From an uncultured virus (IMG/VR IMGVR_UViG_3300008107_000208) (lineage: Duplodnaviria; Heunggongvirae; Uroviricota; Caudoviricetes), in IMG/VR virus record IMGVR_UViG_3300008107_000208, positions 57,206-77,205 of that record: DNA of 20,000 bases, one strand, 5' to 3'. Position numbers and translations under genes: made by a program. Shown here in pieces: positions 1 through 5,900 of this stretch (position 1 is its first letter; each line of letters begins with the position of its first letter). The notes under the pieces are model-generated. The model saw nothing but the letters and a program-made list of their open reading frames with translations. It was not told the DNA's origin and searched no databases.

Positions 1-1
1 A

Positions 2-481
2 AATAATATAGTACTTCAAGTAACAGTAGTCAATAACTCTGATATTTTGGATGAAAATGGAAATGAGTCAGAAGAGATTGGAATTCAATTCAATAAAAAC
101 TTATTAGGACAAGATACAAAGTGGGTTCAAACTTCTTATAATTCAAATTTTAGATATAAGTATGCTGGGATAGGTGACTTCTATGATGAAGTTCATCAAG
201 TTTTTATTCCACCAGGATATCATTATGATGAAGAATATAATCGAGTTGTTTTAGATGGTTCTTTATATAATGAAGAATTTGATGAATTTATTTTACCTCA
301 ACCACATCCTTTATGGTGGTATGATCCAGAAAGAAAAAAATGGAGACCACCATTTCCAAAACCAATGACTACTCATCAATATGAATGGGATGAATCTATT
401 TCAGATTGGAAACAAGTTGAAGGTTCTTCCTGGATACATTCATGGAGCAGTTCATCCAGAAACAGGAGAGATTTTAACTAA
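2..481 (+). CDS. Hypothetical phage protein, 5'-truncated by window edge
   Basis: Frame is open from position 2 (NNIVLQVTVVNNSDILDENG...), so the TTG at 47 is probably not the start. W-x-QTSYN...YAGIG...YD...FIPP...W...P-x-P...WDE pattern resembles a common small phage protein family. Confidence 0.75.
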   Translation, partial: NNIVLQVTVVNNSDILDENGNESEEIGIQFNKNLLGQDTKWVQTSYNSNFRYKYAGIGDFYDEVHQVFIPPGYHYDEEYNRVVLDGSLYNEEFDEFILPQPHPLWWYDPERKKWRPPFPKPMTTHQYEWDESISDWKQVEGSSWIHSWSSSSRNRRDFN

Positions 482-941
482 ATCTAGGTCTATACAATTA
501 GATATCTCTTATAATGATAAAAATCTTTCCAATATTATAACGGTAACTCAAAAGTTATTCAATCATGGGTTTTTGAATATCTTTTATGATAGGTTTCCAC
601 AACATAAAAAAATTCTAAACACTAATTATTGCTACACAAAAGTTAGATATTATCATGATGGAGACTATTATGCTCCCCATACTGATATAAATCATGACTT
701 TTTAGCGTTCAGTTATTTCAATAGAGAACCTAGAAAGTTTACGGGTGGTGAATTATTTTTTCCAGAGTATGGTGATTATGAATTTAAATGTATGAACAAT
801 AGTTTAATTCTGTTACCATCATATGTTACTCATGGAGTTAAGTGGGTAAGTATAGAAGATACAGATTATTATTCTGGAAATGGTAGATATTGTATATCTC
901 ATTTCTTTGGTATTGATTATCAAAAAGCACATGAAAATTAA
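381..941 (+). CDS. 2OG-Fe(II) oxygenase (prolyl-hydroxylase-like); start uncertain
   Basis: HxD (YYAPHTD), GGELFF, distal His (LPSYVTHGV) and 2OG-binding Arg (GRYCISHF). Overlaps upstream ORF by 101 nt. Confidence 0.85.
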   Translation: MNGMNLFQIGNKLKVLPGYIHGAVHPETGEILTKSRSIQLDISYNDKNLSNIITVTQKLFNHGFLNIFYDRFPQHKKILNTNYCYTKVRYYHDGDYYAPHTDINHDFLAFSYFNREPRKFTGGELFFPEYGDYEFKCMNNSLILLPSYVTHGVKWVSIEDTDYYSGNGRYCISHFFGIDYQKAHEN

Positions 942-1641
942 TCAAATTTACCACACATCTCACTGTGGTTCTACTTTAATGGCAACATTATTGGCGAATT
1001 CTACAACTGTTTATTGCGAACCATCATGGTCTTCTAGGTTATTAAATGGTGAGTTGGAACTTGATGATGCCACTATTAAATTTGGAAGTGGATGGTGTCC
1101 GTTTTCACATCAACTACCGGGTAAAAAAGTTTTCTTGTATAGGAAATTAAAACATCATCTGTTTAAAATAAAATCATCAAACTATATTAATCGTATTGTA
1201 TCTACAAAGTATGAACATCATCTAAAACATTGTCACCCATCTTTAAAGGAATATCAGTTTACAACTGATCTTGAGAAAATTACTTTTATGTGGTTGAATA
1301 ATGTTCAATGGATAAGTGATATTGGTGATGTCTTATGGGTAGAATCAAATAGTTTTTTTGAGAATAAAAAAGAAACTATGGATAAAGTATGTGATCACTT
1401 TAATTTAGATAGAGTAAAAAACTATGAACTATCTAATGTTTATGTGAAGTCTTTTGGTCTGATAGGGAAAGAAAAATCAATTAATGAAACTGAGATACCA
1501 AATTTAGGTACAGTAAAATCTTTATACCCTTCTTTTGGTATCATTGATGATGACTTATGTGATCTATGTCCTGAAATTAATGATTTAGTTTCATGGATTA
1601 AAAAAGAAATACCCAGTATGCAAATTGATTTTCTAAATTAA
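931..1641 (+). CDS. Sulfotransferase-like (P-loop fold) protein
   Basis: Likely start ATG 931, overlapping the upstream stop. N-terminal HTSHCGSTL resembles the 5'-PSB PAPS-binding loop, followed by EP and KKVFLYR (3'-PB-like). Confidence 0.6.
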   Translation: MKINQIYHTSHCGSTLMATLLANSTTVYCEPSWSSRLLNGELELDDATIKFGSGWCPFSHQLPGKKVFLYRKLKHHLFKIKSSNYINRIVSTKYEHHLKHCHPSLKEYQFTTDLEKITFMWLNNVQWISDIGDVLWVESNSFFENKKETMDKVCDHFNLDRVKNYELSNVYVKSFGLIGKEKSINETEIPNLGTVKSLYPSFGIIDDDLCDLCPEINDLVSWIKKEIPSMQIDFLN

Positions 1642-1654
1642 AAAATTACTAGAC

Positions 1655-1683
1655 TTGACAATCCCCAAATAATCCTTTATAAT
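1655..1683 (+). promoter_or_regulatory. Sigma70-type promoter, perfect consensus
   Basis: TTGACA (1655-1660), 17 nt, TATAAT (1678-1683). Confidence 0.9.
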
Positions 1684-1689
1684 AATCAA

Positions 1690-1790
1690 GTCTTTCAAAT
1701 CCTTGTATCTTTGGGAATGAAGACCCTCTCTGTGGTGGGAGAGATGAGTTGGTGGTTACTAGAGAGGGTCTTAGCACCCTCTCTTTTTTT
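1690..1790 (+). ncRNA. Candidate ~100-nt small RNA or attenuator leader
   Basis: Bounded by a perfect promoter and an intrinsic terminator. Three hairpins: 1690-1724, 1726-1743, 1761-1784. No credible ORF. Confidence 0.65.
1761..1790 (+). terminator. Rho-independent terminator
   Basis: AGAGAGGGT-CTTAGC-ACCCTCTCT 9-bp stem followed by a T run. Confidence 0.85.
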
Positions 1791-1801
1791 GCCTAGACCC
1801 C

Positions 1802-1830
1802 TTGACACCAGGACCCAGACCCCCTATAAT
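1802..1830 (+). promoter_or_regulatory. Sigma70-type promoter, perfect consensus
   Basis: TTGACA (1802-1807), 17 nt, TATAAT (1825-1830). Upstream of ORF 1856 and the tRNA cluster. Confidence 0.9.
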
Positions 1831-1855
1831 ACTCAGGTAATCAACGGAACATCCA

Positions 1856-2050
1856 ATGGGAACCGCACAAGAATCTGTCCTGGGCATTGTTATTGATGTC
1901 TGCACTCGCTCTTTCCTTCTCATTAGTGATGAAGGTAATGAGAAAATGGTAGAGTGTGAAACTGTTCAGGAGTTTATGAATGTCCTGGAAGTTGTTACTG
2001 CTAACCTTGAACCTCATCAAATCGAATACGCTGATATTGCTGTAGAATAA
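1856..2050 (+). CDS. Small acidic hypothetical protein (64 aa)
   Basis: ATG directly downstream of a promoter; stop 2 nt before the next ATG. Confidence 0.75.
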   Translation: MGTAQESVLGIVIDVCTRSFLLISDEGNEKMVECETVQEFMNVLEVVTANLEPHQIEYADIAVE

Positions 2051-2052
2051 TA

Positions 2053-2226
2053 ATGGAAGTGTTTACTGTAAAAGAGTGGGAAGAAAACTTTGATGCTCTC
2101 CTAGAACGAGTAGAACAAGGAGAGCACATTGGTATCATTGGAGAAGATGGTAAGGCAGCAGTTATGATGCCTGCCGATGATGAACTTATACGAATACACA
2201 CTGAGTTAAACAACGAAGCTCAGTAA
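2053..2226 (+). CDS. Phd/YefM antitoxin-fold small protein (57 aa; absent from ORF track)
   Basis: Hand translation: MEVFTVKEWEENFDALLERVEQGEHIGIIGEDGKAAVMMPADDELIRIHTELNNEAQ. Pattern N(F/L)xxLLxxVExGExxxI...AV matches the Phd/YefM N-terminal domain by eye. Confidence 0.65.
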   Translation: MEVFTVKEWEENFDALLERVEQGEHIGIIGEDGKAAVMMPADDELIRIHTELNNEAQ

Positions 2227-2238
2227 GTTCATCATCTA

Positions 2239-2326
2239 GGAAGTGAGACTTGGTAGTCAGAGGAGTCTTATAAACTCTTTCCGCCAGATTAGCGGCTTTG
2301 AGGTGGTTCGAATCCACCCACTTCTA
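2239..2326 (+). tRNA. tRNA-Ile(UAU), atypical (short D-loop, long variable arm)
   Basis: Acceptor GGAAGTG/CACTTCT; anticodon arm GGAGT-CTTATAA-ACTCT; T arm GGTGG-TTCGAAT-CCACC; discriminator A; no encoded CCA. Confidence 0.75.
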
Positions 2327-2420
2327 TTGGTAGTCGTTAGGCAGATAGCCTAAAAAGACGCCAACTTCTACTACGGGTATCTTCCGTAGCGTCGTATGGG
2401 AAGGGCAATGTTCTTCCCAA
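2327..2420 (+). ncRNA. Structured inter-tRNA element with three hairpins and a possible kissing-loop pseudoknot
   Basis: Stems TTAGGC/GCCTAA (extended by GTC/GAC and TTGG/CCAA), CTACGG/CCGTAG and TGGGAAG/CTTCCCA. Loops AGATA and TATCT are complementary. Confidence 0.5.
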
Positions 2421-2429
2421 TTACATAAA

Positions 2430-2503
2430 GCAGGTTTAGCAATCTGGTAGAATGCTCAGAACTCATAATTCTGCGAAGGCGAGTTCGATCCTCGCAACCT
2501 GCA
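2430..2503 (+). tRNA. tRNA with CAU anticodon (elongator Met, or lysidine-type Ile2)
   Basis: Acceptor GCAGGTT/AACCTGC; anticodon arm CAGAA-CTCATAA-TTCTG; T arm GCGAG-TTCGATC-CTCGC. Lacks initiator features (paired 1:72, no three G-C anticodon-stem pairs). Confidence 0.9.
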
Positions 2504-2508
2504 CCTAC

Positions 2509-2582
2509 GCCCGCATAATCCAACAGGCAGAGATAGGGAGCTTAAAACTCCTCCAGTGTCGGTTCGAATCCGACTGTGGGTA
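2509..2582 (+). tRNA. tRNA-Leu(UAA) with short variable loop
   Basis: Acceptor GCCCGCA/TGTGGGT; anticodon arm GGGAG-CTTAAAA-CTCCT; 5-nt variable loop CCAGT; T arm GTCGG-TTCGAAT-CCGAC; discriminator A. Confidence 0.88.
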
Positions 2583-2587
2583 TAAAA

Positions 2588-2594
2588 ATAAATA
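2588..2594 (+). promoter_or_regulatory. T4-like late promoter
   Basis: ATAAATA about 20 nt upstream of ATG 2616. Confidence 0.7.
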
Positions 2595-2615
2595 TAAGAT
2601 ACGGGAGTGAAGCCT

Positions 2616-2921
2616 ATGTCTTATAGAATAGACACTGCGTACTGCTGGTATAACGAAGGCAGCATGATAGTGAAAATGTATTTCATTAATCAAGTCCCAT
2701 TCACATTTGATGAGATGCCTGATGGGCATTTGGAAGATGATGATCTTAAGAGACTAGCAGATAAAGAAAGATCATTTGAACCAGACGACTTATACAGAAG
2801 TTCTTTCTACCTTATAGATGAGGAAGTGCATCCTTGTATGTTCCCGATAGAACTAGAAAACCCTGAAGATATGCCTGATGAACTAGAATATTATCACGAT
2901 GAGGAAGATTTGATGGGTTGA
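2616..2921 (+). CDS. Acidic hypothetical phage protein
   Basis: GGGAG RBS at 2603-2607 favours ATG 2616 over GTG 2607. Confidence 0.8.
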   Translation: MSYRIDTAYCWYNEGSMIVKMYFINQVPFTFDEMPDGHLEDDDLKRLADKERSFEPDDLYRSSFYLIDEEVHPCMFPIELENPEDMPDELEYYHDEEDLMG

Positions 2922-2927
2922 TAAATA
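2921..2927 (+). promoter_or_regulatory. T4-like late promoter
   Basis: ATAAATA upstream of the large fibre gene. Confidence 0.75.
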
Positions 2928-2959
2928 AAACATAGAAATATATTGGCGTATATAATCCG

Positions 2960-5900
2960 ATGCCTTTAAACAAACTGGAAAATTTCATAAAGAATACTGA
3001 AGGGCGTATTCTCTATGTTAACCCAAGTGACCTTGATGCTACCGATTCTATCGAGAATCAAGGTAATTCGTTAACAAAACCTTTCAAAACGATTCAGAGA
3101 GCACTGCTAGAGGCAGCGAGATTCTCATATTTGAGGGGAAGTGATAATGATATTGTAGAGAAAACTACAATTCTTTTATTTCCTGGCGAACACGTCATTG
3201 ATAATAGACCTGGATATGCTATTAAAGATGTAAGTGGAACTGCTACTGCCGTATCTCCAGCTGGTTCAGAGACCGTAGCATCTACAGAATTAACTCTTAC
3301 ATCATCTTCAGTATTTGATCTAACGCAGCAAGAAAATATTCTTTATAAGTTTAATAGTATTCATGGTGGTGTTGTTGTACCTAGAGGTACTTCAATTGTT
3401 GGTTTAGACCTTAGAAAGACTAAGATTCGTCCTAAGTATGTACCAAACCCAACTGATACTAATGTAGCAGGTTCTTCTATTTTCAGAATCACAGGTGCTT
3501 GTTACTTCTGGCAGTTTTCTATCTTTGATGGTGACCAGAGTGGTCTAGTATATACTGATGCATCAAACTTTGGTTCTGGTAATCAGTCAAAACCAACATT
3601 CTCTCACCACAAACTAACTTGTTTTGAGTATGCTGATGGTGTGAATATCCCTACTGGATATTCCATTACAGACCTCGACATGTATTATAGCAAGCTTTCG
3701 AATGCATTTAATTCGGAAACTGGCAGAAATATTGACCAGAAGTGGCCAGCTGAACCACTAGGTTTTGCTAAGAAGCGTTCTGAGTGGGAAATTGTTGGCG
3801 CATTTGCTGCTGACCCAGTTAATATCTCTACCATTATTTCTGGAGATAGTTTCACTCCTGGTAGTGTTATTACAGTTACTACATCTACAGCACATGGTCT
3901 TACAACTGGTACACCTATCAAAGTTAAAGGTGTAAGTGTTGATGACTATAATGTATCAACCACAGTTCAAAGTGTAAGCAGCGAAACTCAGTTTACTTAT
4001 CTACTACCATTTGTAAGAAACAATCTTCCTGCTTCTCCTAGTGCTTCTGGAGCAACAGTTACTATCGAGACTGATACTGTTGGTGGTGCTTCTCCATATA
4101 TCTTTAACTGTTCCTTGCGTTCAGTTTATGGTATGAACGGTCTTCATGCCGATGGTGCTAAGGCATCTGGTTTCCGTTCGATGGTTGTTGCTCAGTTTAC
4201 TGCTGTTTCTCTACAGAAAGACGACAGAGCATTTGTTAAGTATAATGAGTCTTCTAGAGCGTATGAAGGTATTACGGTTTCTAAAGTAACTGGTGCATCA
4301 CTTTCAAGTGAATCTTCATCTACAGATTCTAATAAAGTTTATCACCTAGACTCTGATGCTCTCTATAGAACTGGATGGGAATCTAGTCATATTAAAGGTT
4401 CGAACGATGCCTTTATTCAGGTCGTCTCTGTATTTGCTATTGGTTTTTCATATCACTTTGATGGTAGAACTGGTGCTGACTTCAGTATCACAAACTCTAA
4501 CTCAAACTTTGGTCAGTTCTCACTGAACGCAGAAGGATTTAAGGCAGAAGCATTTGCGAAGGACAATAAAGCATTTATTACTTCTGTTATTACACCAAAA
4601 GCAATTGTAGCGACAGAAGAGAGTATTGACTGGGTACAACTAGATGTTGGTTTAACAACTTCTGTTGGTATTTCAAGCCATCTATATCTTTATGGTTACA
4701 ATGATAAGAACATTGCTCCACCAGTTCTTGTTCAAGGTTATAGAGTTGGTGCTAAACTGAACGATCAACTATCGTTCGTTGGATCTGGAACTACCTACAG
4801 TGCAAATATCCTAATGGTTGATAATGCCATTAGCACATCTGGTATTACCTCTGCTCTAGGAACATCTAGTTCATTTAAACAATACTCTGTAAGTAGCGTT
4901 TCATCTAGCGTTCTGACTATTGGAACACATAACTTACTAACTGGTGAAAAGATTCTACTCATCAGTGATAGTGGAGACCTACCAGAGAATATTAATCCAC
5001 ACACCATTTATTATGTTATTAAAGAGTCTTCAACTCAAATTAAGATAGCATCTTCAGCAACGAATGCTGAGAATAGTGCATTCATTACACTATATGGTGG
5101 AACGAATATTAAAGTTATTAGTAGAGTAAGTGATAAGGCTGCTGGTGAAATTGGTTCACCTATTCAGTTTGATGCTGCAAATAACAATTGGTTTATTCAT
5201 TCATCCCATAATAATGCTATCTACACAGCATTTAATACTCTAGGAACTGGAACTCTTGGTTCTGCATCAAATCCATCATTCTTTAATAGAACAGAAGATC
5301 CAAGAAGTCTTGATGAGAAACTCTATAAGTTTAGAGTTGTAGTTCCAAAAGAGTTTGATAATGCAAAGGATCCAGAAGAAGGATTTGTTATTCAGGAGTC
5401 CAGCACTACTGGAGCAAGATCTAACGCTGACTTTACTGCTACTGGAATTACAACATCTGACTATGATTATAACAGAAACCCAAGATTCATCAGCACCTGC
5501 TCAACGAGTTCTTCTACAGTTACTGTTATTACAGAACTACCACATAATGTAAGAGTTGGTGAGAAGATTATCATCAGAAATGTAACCAGCACTGGAAACA
5601 CTGCTGGAACTGTTAATAAGGGATATAATGGAGTATTTACTGTTGCTTCTGTAGTTGATGATAAGACATTTACTCACTCAACAGCAGATGTTTATGGTAT
5701 AACTCATTCTACTGGTTCATTTACAAATGATACAAGCAGTAGAACAACTGCTCTTCCAAGATTAGAAAGAAATGATTGGAATGAGAACTTCTATGTTTAT
5801 AGAAACGAGGTCATCTCTCCATATATTAAGGATGTTCAAGATGGTGTTTATCACTTGTATGTGTTAAATGCTGGTAATACTGTTGAAACTGAATTCACTG

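Noticed and set aside
1711..1896. 61-aa plus-strand ORF
   Set aside because: Runs through a terminator and a promoter; no RBS; better explained as non-coding RNA.
2239..2582. Suppressor tRNAs or alternative genetic code
   Set aside because: Anticodons read UAU, CAU and UAA (sense codons), and genes tile normally with TAA, TAG and TGA stops.
1650..2600. CRISPR mini-array or tRNA intron
   Set aside because: No repeat-spacer periodicity; all three anticodon loops are intact 7-nt loops.
2505..2729. Minus-strand ORFs over the tRNA region (also 2001-2213)
   Set aside because: Antisense to tRNA-Leu and to better-supported plus-strand genes.
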